Shown here: piece after piece, positions 16,419 through 29,297 of the stretch
Layout: every line of letters starts with the position of its first letter
How positions within the stretch are numbered: the first letter of the stretch is position 1
Source of the DNA: Macrostomum lignano
Lineage: Eukaryota
NCBI GenBank assembly: GCA_002269645.1
Contig: NIVC01001746.1
Span: 62,001-126,000 of the forward strand
Length of the DNA: 64,000 nucleotides
Direction of reading: 5' to 3'
Notes under the pieces: generated by a model
What the model was told of the DNA's origin: nothing
Databases searched by the model: none
What the model saw: the letters and a program-made list of their open reading frames with translations, nothing else
Program-made: the position numbers and the translations under genes

Positions 16419-17095
16419 GGTAAAGGGCGGGAGCTACTATGCACGCATTTGTATAGGCAAATGACTCGTTATCTAATAATTCAAGCCAAGTATTAGTCTT
16501 TTTGGCATCTGATTAGTCAGTAAATATTTGTACACTCATAACTATGACATGATGACAAGAATAGTCTTCATTATTAATTGAATGCCTATGTAAATTTTAG
16601 TGGCATATATTTTCAAGTAAACGGCGAGAGTAACTATACTTAGATAAGGTCGCTAAACTCCCTCGTCACCTAATTTGCTTTTTATAAAGTAAATTTAGGT
16701 AAACAGTGAAACTATACTTAGAGTAAATTAGTAATAACCCCTTCATCACCTAATTAGTTCCAAGTTATTTAATGCGAAAACCTAGGTAAACAGCGAGAGT
16801 AACAATACTTATGCTGGATTACCATAATCCTTCGCCACCTAAATAGTTTTAGAATACAAGAAGGTAAACGGCGAGAGTAACTATGCCACGATAATGTTGC
16901 TAATATCCCTCGTCACCTAATCAGTAAGGTTTTAAAATGAAAAGGAGGTAAACAGCGAGAGTAACTATTTTATTCTAGATTACCAAAACCCTTCGTCACC
17001 TAATTAGTTCCAAATTTTTTAATACGAGAATGAGGTAAACGTCGAGAGTGATTAATAATATATGCGCATCAAAAAATGACTCGTCATCAAATTTT
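16419..17095 (+). other. Array of 7 (plus 1 very degenerate) ~62-bp units homologous to the 28S rDNA H69-H71 / R2 target-site region
   Basis: Units start at 16419, 16616, 16698, 16785, 16863, 16947 and 17034; a weak one lies at ~16519. Consensus GGTAAACRGCGAGAGTAACTAT-N21/22-CCYTCGTCACCTAATTAG versus the eukaryotic 28S sequence recalled as GGTAAACGGCGGGAGTAACTAT-GACTCTCTTAAGGTAGCCAAAT-GCCTCGTCATCTAATTAG. Unit 1 aligns ungapped at about 44/62 by hand count. Confidence 0.85.
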
Positions 17096-17149
17096 CGAAG
17101 GAAAAAGCTTATAAGATCTCATAATTTGATTATAAAAGTCTTTTCCATG

Positions 17150-20100
17150 CTAGAGCGGCCACAGCATGCTGGCATAGTCGGGCTCGTCGCCCAGGCCGCC
17201 ATCCGCACCCAGCAGGCTCATCCGGGTTGCGTCGAGCGAGATGTCATCAGTATTGCTGCACAATTTGCTAGGGGGCCCAAAGCCGCCGCCCTGGCAACCG
17301 TTGCTAACCAGCTGGCCGAGGGCGAGCCAGCCGGTCTCAGCTATCGAGCCGTCTCCGACAACAACTTCGTCGACAGACCTCGCCGTCGGCGTCGCCGCAG
17401 CAGCATCGGCGGCGATCAAATCCGCGGCGATTTTCTTGCCTAATTGAGCTGGGCCGCTCAGGCCTGCGGGCTGCTGCTGCGACTCAGCCGCTGAGTCTGC
17501 CGGGGTTTGAGCTGAGCTGGGGAAGCTGAGCTGCTGCTGACTGCCCGGCTTCTGCTGCTGCAGAATCTGCAGATCGCAGGTGAGGCTCAGCAGTTCCGGT
17601 TTGCCAGTCAACGGATTGATGAAGCACAGGAGGCTGAGCTGGCAAACAGATTCCGACGCCGATGGAGCCTTGAAAAACGGAGAAGCAATTTAAGATCCTT
17701 TGTAGCCGCCCCTGAGTAGAAGAGAGCACCTCATTAACACGAAAACAGGCTTTGTAACAATTTGAAAGTCTGGAGAAAGGAGAGGAGAGGAGGGGAGAGG
17801 AGAGGAGGGGAGAGAAGAGGAGGGGAGAGGAGGGGAGAGGAGGGAGAGGAGGGGAGAGGAGAGGAGAGGAGGGGAGAGGAGGGGAGAGGAGAGGAGAGGA
17901 GGGGAGAGGAGGGGAGAGGAGGGGAGAGGAGGGGAGAGGAGAGGAGAGGAGGGGAGAGGAGGGGAGAGGAGAGGAGAGGAGGGGAGAGGAGGGGAGAGGA
18001 GGGGAGAGGAGGGGAGAGGAGGGGAGAGGAGGGGAGAGGAGGGGAGAGGAGTGATTGCCACCCGCTGAGCAGCGCCAACAGCTGTCTGTTCGACTCACCT
18101 GCCAAGCGCAGAGCAGCCGGCACGACAGGCGGCTTCGGGTGCCTTTCAGAGCGGAGCGATGCGCCACGGACAGCCTGTTGACATCGTCGCGACTCACCAG
18201 GTCGTACAGACTGCTGCCCTGAAGGTCCTGCGGCAGGTGGCCTAAATTGCGGTTTTGAATATAAAGAAAAATATTGGAGCTTTTCATTGCAATGAGTAAA
18301 CGCTAAAATCAGCGCTAGGCTGGTGCCAAAACCAGCGCTATGGGTGGCGCCAGAACCAGTATTACGAGTGGCACTAAAACCAGCGCTATGGGTGGCGCCA
18401 GAACCAGTATTATGAGTGGCGCTAAAACCAGCGCTATGGGTGGCGCCAAAACCAGTATTATGAGTGGCGCCAAAACCAGCGCTACGGCTGGCGCCAAAAC
18501 CAGTGTTATGAGTGGCGCCAAAACCAGTATTATGAGTGGCGCCAAAACCAGTGTTATGAGTGGCGCCAAAACCAGTGTTATGAGTGGCGCCAAAACTAGC
18601 GCTACGAGTGGCGCCAAAACCAGCGCTACGGCTGGCGCCGAAACCAAAGCTTAGGGCCCTTCGCGACTGTGGCCACTCCTATGTACACATCCTCTCCCCC
18701 CTTACCGTAAATTCTGAATTTACTAATTCAAAACAGTATTCAACACAGGTGGAAATAACACGAAGTTCTAAAAAAGAATGGGGTGCTGTTCGCAAACAAT
18801 AGCGCCATAAACTTGTATTCAGCTCAGGGTGGGGAAGGGAGGCATTGAGAAAATAGGACAGGTAAGGACAGAGACAGACAGAGAAATCTGCAGTTGTGGC
18901 AGACCGAGTGTCGCCGCAATAAAATTCATAAGCAGCGGGTGGGTTTACAACCCTAGGCTAAACAGTGATTGCTTTGGGCTATGAAAAACAGCTTACTGAT
19001 GCAAAAGATTTGCGGTAGAAATTTGGTAAGAAATGTAAAACTCTTTACCATGCTTCAGTGCGGGTGCGATGAATATCACGACTGGGTTATTGAAAAAGTC
19101 CACCGAATTTCTGACGTACACTAAGAACATAGATACTGTGCTTAAATAGAAGTTGAAGTTGGACGCCTGTTTGAGGACACCTGGGAGTTGGACACCTGTT
19201 TGAGGACAACTGGGAGTTGGACACCTGTTTGAGGACAACTGGGAGTTGGACACCTGTTTGAGGACACCTGGGAGACAAACACCTGTTTGAGAACACCTGG
19301 GAGACAGACACCTGTTTGAGGACACCTGGGAGTTGGACACCTGTTTGAGGACACCTGTTTGAGGACACCTGGGAGTTGGACACCTGTTTGAGGACACCTG
19401 GGAGTTGGACACCTGTTTGAGGACACCTGGGAGACAAACACCTGTTTGAGAACACCTGGGAGACAGACACCTGTTTGAGGACAACTGGGAGTTGGACACC
19501 TGTTTGAGGACACCTGGGAGTTGGACACCTGTTTGAGGACACCTGGAAGACAGACACCTATTTGAGGACACCTGGGAGTTGGACACCTGTTTGAGGACAC
19601 CTGGGAGTTGGACACCTGTTTGAGGACATTTGGGAGTTGGACACCTGTTTGAGGACACCTGGGAGTTGGACACCTGTTTGAGGACACCTGGGAGACAAAC
19701 ACCTGTTTGAGAACACCTGGGAGACAGACACCTGTTTGAGGACAACTGGGAGTTGGACACCTGTTTGAGGACACCTGGGAGTTGGACACCTGTTTGAGGA
19801 CACCTGGAAGACAGACACCTATTTGAGGACACCTGGGAGTTGGACACCTGTTTGAGGACACCTGGGAGTTGGACACCTGTTTGAGGACACCTGGGAGTTG
19901 GACACCTGTTTGAGGACACCTGGGAGTTGGACACCTGTTTGAGGACACCTGGGAGACAAACACCTGTTTGAGAACACCTGGGAGACAAACACCTGTTTGA
20001 GGAAATCTGGAAGTTAGACACCTGTTTGAGGACAACTGGGAGATAGACACCTGTTTGAGGACACCTGGGAGACAGACATCTGTTTGAGAAAATCTGGAAG

Positions 20101-23100
20101 TTGGACACCTGGGAGACAGACATCTGTTTGAGAAAATCTGGAAGTTGGACACCTGTTTGAGGACAACTGGGAGATTGACACCTGTTTGAGGACAACTGGG
20201 AGATTGACACCTGTTGAGGACACCTGGGAGACAGACATCTGTTTGAGAAAATCTGGAAGTTGGACACCTGTTTGAGGACAACTGGGAGATAGACACCTGT
20301 TGAGGACACATGGGAGACAGATACCTGTTTGAGGACACCTGTAGTTTGAAATGAATCCACTCACCTAGTAGTGAGGTGACTCGCTGGTCCACCCAGGTAA
20401 AACAGGCATCCAGGCCGAGTCGAGCGGCGAACTGGCAGTCGCGGCTGCTGCGCGCCGAGGCGGGCAGAGCCGACGGCGTCAGGGGCCGGGCTGGCCGACA
20501 GACAAGAAGCAGGCAGCTGCTGTTCTGCAGCGAAGCGGCCTTCTGACAGTCCGCCGCCGCTGCCGCCGTCTGAGTGTCATCGGTGACGGCCTCTTCAGCT
20601 GCGGAAGCTGCTGGATCGTCTGACACGTGCAACAGGCCTGAGCAGCTCAGGTAAACGTATTGCCGGGCGTCTGTGAAGGTTTGTGATGAATGGATAGATG
20701 TGACTGGTGAGCAGTGGAGTTTCAGATGTTTAATTCGATCTTCAGATGTTAAATTCGATCTTCAGATGTTTAATTCGATCTTCAGATGTTTAATTCGATC
20801 TTCAGATGTTTAAACTGATTTTCAGATGTTTAAATTGATCTTCAGATGTTTATATTGATCTTCAGATGTTTATATTGATCGTCAGATGTTTAAATTGATA
20901 TTCAGATGTTTAAATTGATCTTCGGATGTTTAAATTGATCTTCAGATGTTTAAATTGATCTTCAGATGTTTAAATTGATCTTCAGATGTTTAAATTGATA
21001 TTCAGATGTTTAAATTGATATTCAGATGTTTAAATTGATATTCAGATGTTCAAATTGATCTTTAGATGTTTAAATTGATCTTTAGATGTTTAAATTGATC
21101 TTTAGATGTTTAAATTGATCTTTAGATGCTTAAATTGATCTTCAGATGTTTAAATTGATATTCAGATGTTTAAATTGATCTTCGGATGTTTAAATTGATA
21201 TTCAGATGTTTAAATTGATATTCAGATGTTTAAATTGATCTTTAGATGTTTAAATTGATCTTCAGATGTTTAAATTGATATTCAGATGTTTAAATTGATC
21301 TTCAGATGTTTAAATTGATATTCAGATGTTTAAATTGATCTTTAGATGTTTAAATTGATATTCAGATGTTTAAATTGATCTTTAGATGTTTAAATTGATA
21401 TTCAGATGTTTAAATTGATATTCAGATGTTTAAATTGATATTCAGATGTTTAAATTGATATTCAGATGTTTAAATTGATATTCAGATGTTTAAATTGATA
21501 TTCAGATGTTTAAATTGATATTCAGATGTTTAAATTGATATTCAGATGTTTAAATTGATATTCAGATGTTTAAATTGATCTTTAGATGTTTAAATTGATC
21601 TTAAGATTTTTTAATTGATATTCAGATGTTTAAATTGATCTTCAGATTTTTCAATTGAGTTGCAGGTGTTTAAATTTAGTTTTGTTTAAGAACTATTTCT
21701 GTTTAAAACCCCACAACTAGCAGAGCTTAAACAGAGCTGTTCTCTACCAGCCATAGCAAAGTGGAGTCACGTGTGCAAGCGCTAAAAATGAACTACAAGT
21801 ACAACCTACACGCTCGCACCGGACTTTCTAAGAAATCGTACTAGCTTTTACACACAGTGTAACTTTTTCGCTCCAAGCTGCAGACAGTGACAGTAAAAAA
21901 TCGTAGAAAGCTGTTTGCGAACCAAGTGCTATGCCGGAGTATTTGCACAGCCTTAAACTCTTAGCGAGTCGTGTGTTGGGAACGAACTCCGCGTCTTATT
22001 GACCAGCTTTTTCGAACTTTGGAGGCCTGACGCCTCTCCGCCCCAGCTAGTGCGTGAGTCTGTCCGAACGCTGCATCAGATCTAACAGTTACTTTACGCG
22101 GAAACTATTAATACAGAATAGTGTCATTTGAACTTTCTGTCAACTCCGAGTTGACTCATGTGACTCTTCAATGTTGGAAAGCTGAACTTTACACATTCGG
22201 GGCCTTTAGTGTACACGCTTATATCAATAGTTGCAAGGAGGGCTGCAGGCAGCCTGGTGCAACGCCTTCTGCGGACATGGTCACACAACCAGCACTGAGA
22301 CGCACAGACACGCTTTTGGCATTTTGTTCAAGCGGTAGAGCCTAGGTTGTTCCTGACACAATCATGGCACTCCTGACACAACTATGGTACTTCTGACACA
22401 ATTATGGTACTCCTGACACAACTATGGTACTCTGACACAATCATGGCACTCCTGACACAACTATGGTACTTCTGACACAATTATGGTACTCCTGACACAA
22501 CTATGGTACTCTGACACAATCATGGCACTCCTGACACAACTATGGTACTTCTGACACAATTATGGTACTTCTGACACAATTATGGTACTCCTAACACAAT
22601 CATGGCACTCCTAACACAATCATGGCACTCCTGACACAACTATGGTACTCCTGACACAATCATGGCACTCCTAACACAATCATGGCACTCCTGACACAAC
22701 CATGGCACTCCTGACACAACTATGGTACTCCTGACACAATCATGGCACTCCTAACACAATCATGGCACTCCTGACACAACCATGGCACTCCTGACACAAC
22801 TATGGTACTCCTGACATAATCATGGCACTCCTAACACAATCAATGCACTCCTAACACAATCATGGCACTCCTAACACAATCATGGTACTTCTGACACAAC
22901 TATGGTACTCCTGACACAACTATGGTACTTCTGACACCATCATGGCGCTCCTGACACAACTATGGTACTCCTGACACAACTATGGTACTTCTGACACCAT
23001 CATGGCGCTCCTGACACAACTATGGTACTCCTGACACAACTATGGTACTTCTGACACAACTATGGTACTTCTGACACCATCATGGCGCTCCTGACACAAC

Positions 23101-26100
23101 ATGGCAGTGATAAAGTACCTGGTACCTTGTTTTTCATCGGTTAAGTCGATACAACCGATGTTTATCCACGAGATTTCATGCACATCTGCATTTAGCTCGT
23201 ATGCAATATCATCTAATCGAAGTTCTAACTCTAGGACTAGGACGAAAAAGTGGCTCAGTTTTGGTTGCTTAGAGCCTGTTTCTTAGCTTAAATATTTGTA
23301 TAACAGCAGGCGGCTGGCTTTGATCTCTGTGGCGCTGTAACCTTAACTGTCAGTGAGCAAAGTTCTCTTATTCGACTCCAACAAACCTTTGCGCCTTCGG
23401 CTTCATGCAAGAAAACTTTTGATTTAGATAAACACTGTATAAATACTGAAGACAGTGACCAAACATGACTTACTAACAGATTCATGTTTCTTTTGTCACC
23501 TAGCACTTCACTCTCACCTCACCCTCTCTTCACTTCACTCTACCTTAACTCTCCCCTCACTCTCCCTTCACTCTCCCCTCACTCTCCCCTCACTCTCCCT
23601 CACTCTCCCTTCACTCTCCCTTCACTCTCCCCTCACTCTCCCTTCACTCTCCCCTCACTCTCCCTTCACTCTCCCCTCACTCTCCCTCCACTCTCCCTTC
23701 ACTCTCCCCTCACTCTCCCTTCACTCTCCCCTCACTCTCCCTTCACTCTCCCCTCACTCTCCCTTCACTCTCCCTTCACTCTCCCCTCACTCTCCCTCAC
23801 TCTCCCTTCACTCTCCCCTCACTCTCCCCTCACTCTCCCTTCACTCTCCCCTCACTCTCCCTTCACTCTATCATCACTCTCTCCCTTCACTCTCCTCTCC
23901 CTCCCCTTTCATTATACTTTTACTCTCTAGCTCTCTCCATCTCATTTCTCCCCCTCTCCCTCACCCCTCTCCGGGCGACCAAAACTCACCGCCCCTGCGT
24001 TTCGAAGCGACGCCAAGCAGTCCGCCGCCAGCTGCCGATCCGCCGGGATGCCGAAATCGACAAAAGAATCTCCGACGAAGCCCGCAGCTGCCCAGCCTGT
24101 CGGTGGAGAAGCCTTGGCGCTGCTGCTGCTGCTGTTGAAGGCTGGGGAGATCCGGCACAGTCAGCTCTTGACGAACTAGATCCGCGTCTCGCGGGTGCAC
24201 CAAGTCTAATAAGCACTGGCCAATCAGGTCCGACTGGGCAGACAGACAGACGGACGGGGGAAAGAAGGTGGGTGTGCGGCGTATAGCTTTTATGGTCACG
24301 TGAGCTGGGGCGAGACTTGTAAAATATTGAGTAGAAGAGCTGAGGTGGATGATTTGCTGAAGTCACGTGACACGATTGAAGCTTATTTATTGGACAGCGA
24401 AAGCGTTGGAGGGAGGTGGGCGACTGGCTAAGTCACGTGACACGATTGAAGCTTATTTATTGGACAGCGAAAGCGTTGGAGGGAGGTGGGCGACTGGCTA
24501 AGTCACGTGACACGATTGAAGCTTATTTATTGGACAGCGAAAGCGTTGGAGGGAGGTGGGCGACTGGCTAAGTCACGTGACACGATTGAAGCTTATTTAT
24601 TGGACAGCGAAAGCGTTGGAGAGAGGTGGGCGACTGGCTAAGTCACGTGACACGATTGAAGCTTACTTATTGGACAGCGAAAGCGTTGGAGGGAGGTGGG
24701 CGACTGGCTAAGTCACGTGACACGAAATTGAAGCTTTTTTATTGGACAGCGAAAGCGTTGGAGGGAGGTGGGCGACTGGCTAAGTCACGTGACACGATTG
24801 AAGCTTATTTATTGGACAGCGAAAGCGTTGGAGGGAGGTGGGCGACTGGCTAAGTCACGTGACACGATTGAAGCTTATTTATTGGACAGCGAAAGCGTTA
24901 GAGGGTGGTGGGCGACTGGCTGAGTCACGTGACACGATTGAAGCTTATTTATTGGACAGCGAAAGCGTTGGAGGGTGGTGGGCGACTGGCTGAGTCACGT
25001 GACACGATTGAAGCTTATTTATTGGACAGCGAAAGCGTTGGAGGGAGGTGGGCGACTGGCTAAGTCACGTGACACGAAATTGAAGCTTTTTACTGGATAG
25101 CGAAAGCGTTGGAAGGTGGTTAGCTACTGGCTGTAGTCACGTAATATACTGTCTTTCAAGCAATTTAATTGAATAAGAGACAAGTAAAAAAACCTACCGA
25201 GTTGACGATGGCGCCGGGAATTCCGTTATTGCTGCAGTTGGCGGCGCCAAGTATTCTGCCTCTGTCGCACTCGACCACCAGTAGGAAGCCTTGCAGGGAG
25301 GACTTCTGCGAAACAATGGAGGGGTCAGGTTGACTTTTGCTGCTCAGGTGGGAGCGATTTCTATTGCCTGTATTAATGTATGTCCTAGTGTCTGCCTCAG
25401 TGTCTGTCTCTGTCTGCCTCAGTGTCTGCCTTGGTATCTGTCTTAGTGTCTTCCTACTTCCTTGGTGTCTGTCTCAGTGTCTCCTTGTGTCTTCCTTGGT
25501 GTCTGTCTCAGTGCCAACATCATTTTCTTGGCGGTTGACGACCTGTACTAGACGGAGTTTTTAGGCCCATACTAGTTACTAACTTGTCTCAGTGTCTGCC
25601 TTGGTGCCTGTTTTAGTGTCTGTCTTGGTGTCTGCCTTGGTGTCTGCTTTGGTGTCTGCCTTGGTGTTTGGCTCAGTGTCTGTCTTAGTGTCTGTCTTAG
25701 TGTCTGTCTCAGTGTCTGCCTTGACGTCTGCCTTGGTGTCTGCCTTGGTGTCTGCCTTGACGTCTGCCTTGGTGACTGTCTCAGTGTCTGTCTCAGTGTC
25801 TGTCTTAGTGTCTGTCTCAGTGTCTGTCTCAGTGTCTGTCTCAGTGTCTGTCTCAGTGTCTGTCTCAGTGTCTGTCTCAGTGTCTGTCTCAGTGTCTGTC
25901 TCAGTGTCTGTCTCAGTGTCTGTCTCAGTGTCTGTCTTAGTGTCTGTCTCAGTGTCTGTCTCAGTGTCTGTCTCAGTGTCTGTCTCAGTGTCTGTCTCAG
26001 TGTCTGTCTCAGTGTCTGTCTCAGTGTCTGTCTCTGTGTCTGTCTCAGTGTCTGTCTCAGTGTCTGTCTCTGTGTCTGTCTCAGTGTCTGTCTCAGTGTC

Positions 26101-28447
26101 TGTCTCAGTGTCTGTCTCAGTGTCTGCTTCGGCGTCTGTCTTAGTGTCTGTCTTAGTGTCCGTCTCAGTGTCTGTCTCAGTGCCTGTCTCAGTGTTTGTA
26201 CATGCCAAGGTGCCTTCAGGAGTCCACAAAGCAGAGGGCGGAGTGGGCTGGTCAATCAACCAGTTTTCCATTTCCTCAATCTCTGAGACTGAGCTGACTC
26301 ACATCCGACAGCAGCAGCTGCAGCTCCTCGCCGCTGAACAGATCCGCCGGGGTGTGCATCAGGGAGCTGGACCTCGCCCGCAGCAGTTTGATGTGCTGGG
26401 CGGCCAGACGCAGCACCGTGAGTTTGTCCAGCTTCCTGCTGGCCGAACGGCACGCAGGCACGAGGCGAGCCATCGCGTTGATGCTGGAGTTCATGCGGTC
26501 CCGGCGCAGCTTCTCCACTTCGCTGTGGTTCGGTCGGCCGCTCCTTTGCGGGGTTGCCAGGCGAGAAATTGGAGTTTGATAGCTGGCGTGTATAAACTAG
26601 TGATTGAATTTTACAAATCACTTGCAGGAGTCGCCATCAAGGACTCTCCGATTAAAGAATCGCCCATCAAGGAGTCGCCCAATAAGGAATCGCCTATTAA
26701 GGAATCGCCCATCAAGGAGTCGCCCAATAAGGAATCGCCCATCAAGGAGTCGCCCATTAAGGAATCGCCCATCAAGGAGTCGCCCATCAAGGAATCGCCC
26801 ATTAATGAATCGCCCATCAAGGAGTCGCCCATCAAGGAATCGCCCATCAAGGAATCGCCCATCAAAGAATCGAGTATTAAAGAATCGCCCATCAAGGAGT
26901 CGCCCATTGAAGGAATCGCCCATCAAGGAGTCGCCCATCAAGGAATCGACCATTAAGGAATCGCCCATCAAGGAGTCGCCCATCAAGGAATCGCCCATCA
27001 AGGAATCGCCCATCAAGGAATCGCCCATTAAGGAGTCGCCCATCAAGGAGTCGCCCATCAAGGAATCGCCCATCAAGGAATCGAGTATTAAAGAATCGTC
27101 CATCAAGGAGTCGCCCAATAAGGAATCGCCCATCAAGGAATCGCCCATCAAGGAATCGCCCATCAAAGAATCGAGTATTAAAGAATCGCCCATCAAGGAG
27201 TCGCCCATCAAGGAATCGCCCATCAAGGAATCGAGTATTAAAGAATCGTCCATCAAGGAGTCGCCCAATAAGGAATCGCCCATCAAGGAATCGCCCATCA
27301 AGGAATCGCCCATCAAAGAATCGAGTATTAAAGAATCGCCCATCAAGGAATCGCCATCAATGAATCGCCGATCAAGAAATCGCCATCAAGGAATCGCCAG
27401 AACTCGCTGATAAAAGCGAATGTTCAAAGTGGCATACTGAGACTAATCCCTAATCGCCCAGCCAAGATCCCATGACCGCTGCTTGAGCACCTAGCCTACT
27501 CACATGAGCACACTGGCAGGCAGGGACATCTCTTCTGAGTCGATCTCCATCTCCGAGGGTTCGAATCCGAACTCCATGCTAAATTCGATTATAAAAAGAT
27601 ATTGTTACAAAGCATATTTAGTTTGGAAACTTTACAGAATAATCGGTCATAATAAATCAACAAGTGAATTGAGACTCACAGGTTAATTGGAGTGCTCACG
27701 TCCCGTTTAATTAGTGGAGAGCCGCCCTGCTCCTCTTCGTTGCTGAGGTTTCGGTAGATTTTACACAAGATTATGCAAAACGTACTAGCGTTAGAATACC
27801 GACAGATAATTCACAAGAGAAATTGGAGAACATACCCTACTATATGTACACGCGACATAAGAACCTGCAGTACCATACCAGTATGAGAGCATAACCTACG
27901 ACAATGAGAGCAAACCTATCATCATGAGAACATGATCTTCTAACCCATTGATATGAGAAATCTAATAATCCCATTCAACAGGATTTAAAACACATTCTTA
28001 TCAAACATGAGAACACATCCTTTAACTGCAGCTGTCCAAGAAAAGCACAGTATCAGCAGGCAGCAGAACCGAGTGAACTACTCACCCAGAATAATGCGCA
28101 CTATCAGCTGACGATTGGCTAGTGAAATAATTCAACGGTGCATTGTTGGCGGCATGACGTTGATGCCTGACGCTATGATGCTGTCTACTAAACGAGTGAT
28201 GATGCCGAGATTGCCAAGCTTCATCTTGATGCAACTGTAACTGCTGCTCATCGTTTAGTGCGCGCAAATAATTTGCGTCAAATCCATTCATCGGAATCAG
28301 AGGCACAGGCGGCTGTGGCGGCGGCTGCTGCTGCGCCTCCTGTTGTGGCTGATTATTTCTTTGAAAGTTGAACAACGAGGACAATGGAATGCTAAACAGA
28401 CTGCGAAAATCTGAGTCCGAATGAGCGCCGCCCGCTGAAGATTCCAT
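17150..28447 (-). CDS. ARNTL: bHLH-PAS transcription factor, BMAL1/CYCLE(ARNTL)-like, 678 aa
   Basis: Exons (minus) 28447-28086, 27578-27504, 26582-26303 (NHSEVEKLRRDRMNSSINAMARLVPACRSASRKLDKLTVLRLAAQHIKLLR), 25305-25198 (GFLLVVECDRGRIL, PAS-A), 24233-23990 (DLIGQCLLDLVHPRD), 20670-20365 (FTWVDQRVTSLLG), 18241-18099 (HLPQDLQGSSLYDLV, PAS-B), 17668-17150. Total 2037 nt with all phases consistent. The bHLH resembles BMAL1/CYC more than ARNT (EK.RRD.MN, SRKLDKLTVLR, QH). Confidence 0.88.
17770..18052. repeat. GGAGA/GGGGA pentamer repeat (intron)
   Basis: Direct inspection. Confidence 0.95.
18318..18645. repeat. Intronic minisatellite, 24-bp unit (gtggcgccaaaaccagtattatga)
   Basis: About 13 copies. 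Confidence 0.92.
19165..20342. repeat. Intronic minisatellite, 29-bp unit (ggacacctgtttgaggacacctgggagtt)
   Basis: About 40 copies; source of ORFs 18993-20360 and most of 19142-20632. Confidence 0.95.
20722..21655. repeat. Intronic minisatellite, 20-bp unit (ttcagatgtttaaattgatc)
   Basis: About 46 copies. Confidence 0.96.
22348..23105. repeat. Intronic minisatellite, 20-bp unit (ctcctgacacaactatggta)
   Basis: About 37 copies. Confidence 0.95.
23505..23975. repeat. CT-rich 11-bp repeat (cactctccc(c/t)t), intronic
   Basis: Direct inspection. Confidence 0.9.
24361..25142. promoter_or_regulatory. 70-bp tandem array; each unit carries a palindromic extended E-box GTCACGTGAC (11 intact copies)
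   Basis: GTCACGTGAC near 24362, 24432, 24502, 24572, 24642, 24712, 24784, 24854, 24924, 24994 and 25064. A degenerate copy lies at ~25136 and an extra CACGTG at 24297. The array is in the intron between the two PAS-A exons. The repeat is certain; a regulatory role is inferred. Confidence 0.6.
25385..26192. repeat. Intronic 12-bp repeat (gtctgtctcagt)
   Basis: Source of the poly-TE/SV/QTLR artefact ORFs. Confidence 0.95.
26631..27400. repeat. Intronic 15-bp repeat (aaggaatcgcccatc)
   Basis: About 50 copies; ESPIK/MGDSL artefact ORFs. Confidence 0.95.
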
Positions 28448-29297
28448 GCCTCCGGGTGTGTGTGGACAAAGATGAAGTTGCTAAGATGCAATATCAGTTC
28501 ATGATTTCCAAATCATTAGAAATAGCCGACTGATGTAGTAGTGACAAACGTTATTTAGCTAGGTTAAAGTGCACAGGGTTTTGCTATCAATTAGCAACTC
28601 TATATATAATATGCTGCTTGTACGAGAGAAAGAAAACAATTTCAAAGCAGTTTTTATGCGGCAAAAGATGAGGTATTGTCTTGGCGGACTCACAGAAGGA
28701 GAGAGAGAATTAGGACGAGATAGGTTGAGAGGGCGGCGACCCTCGCCCAAGGCTGCGGTTGCTTGCGAAAAGGAGAGGGGGAAAGACGAACAGGAGAGAC
28801 AGGCCTAATGATGCAGCGCCAACAAGAGACTGCAGCATCCAGAGCGAAGAAAACTAGAATGAAGTGCAATGCACTCAAGGCCGAGCGAAACTATGGCTAG
28901 CTAGAAGAGGAGCGCACTGCCTCGCCTCTTGAGAGCTGCATCGAGCTGTGTATAATGGCAAATGGCAAGGGCAAGCACGCAGGCACACACAGGCGCCAGA
29001 ATTGATGAAGCCAACCACACAGTGCGCTGCATTTTCATACAGTAAAAAGTGAACAGGCCAGCAGAGACCAAAAAAGAATTTCAACAACTGTAAAGATCTA
29101 CCTACTTGTTTTAACTGTGTAAATATGCGCATACCACTGAATTTTGATCACTTTGTACTTTAGCTTCACTTTTCCTTACCCAAATGTTTTCAACGCTAAA
29201 TTTCAGAAAATATGATGGCTTGTTCGTAACAAACTGCAAGTTAAAATAATCAATAAACCACATTGCTAGACCAAAGCAATCTGTACTTAATGTGCAA

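Noticed and set aside
16419-16480. Functional rRNA gene or mitochondrial insertion
   Set aside because: Only 62-bp units with no flanking rRNA sequence and a broken H69 stem; the downstream box is nuclear-28S type.
16419-17095. CRISPR array, C/D snoRNA cluster or hammerhead ribozymes
   Set aside because: The context is eukaryotic with no cas genes, and the repeats are bipartite and degenerate. No CUGA D box follows the antisense tract, and no CUGAUGA/GAAA hammerhead core is present.
21940-22060. Possible minus-strand tRNA/SINE (GTTCGTTCCC B-box-like)
   Set aside because: No convincing A-box or structure and no second copy in the window.
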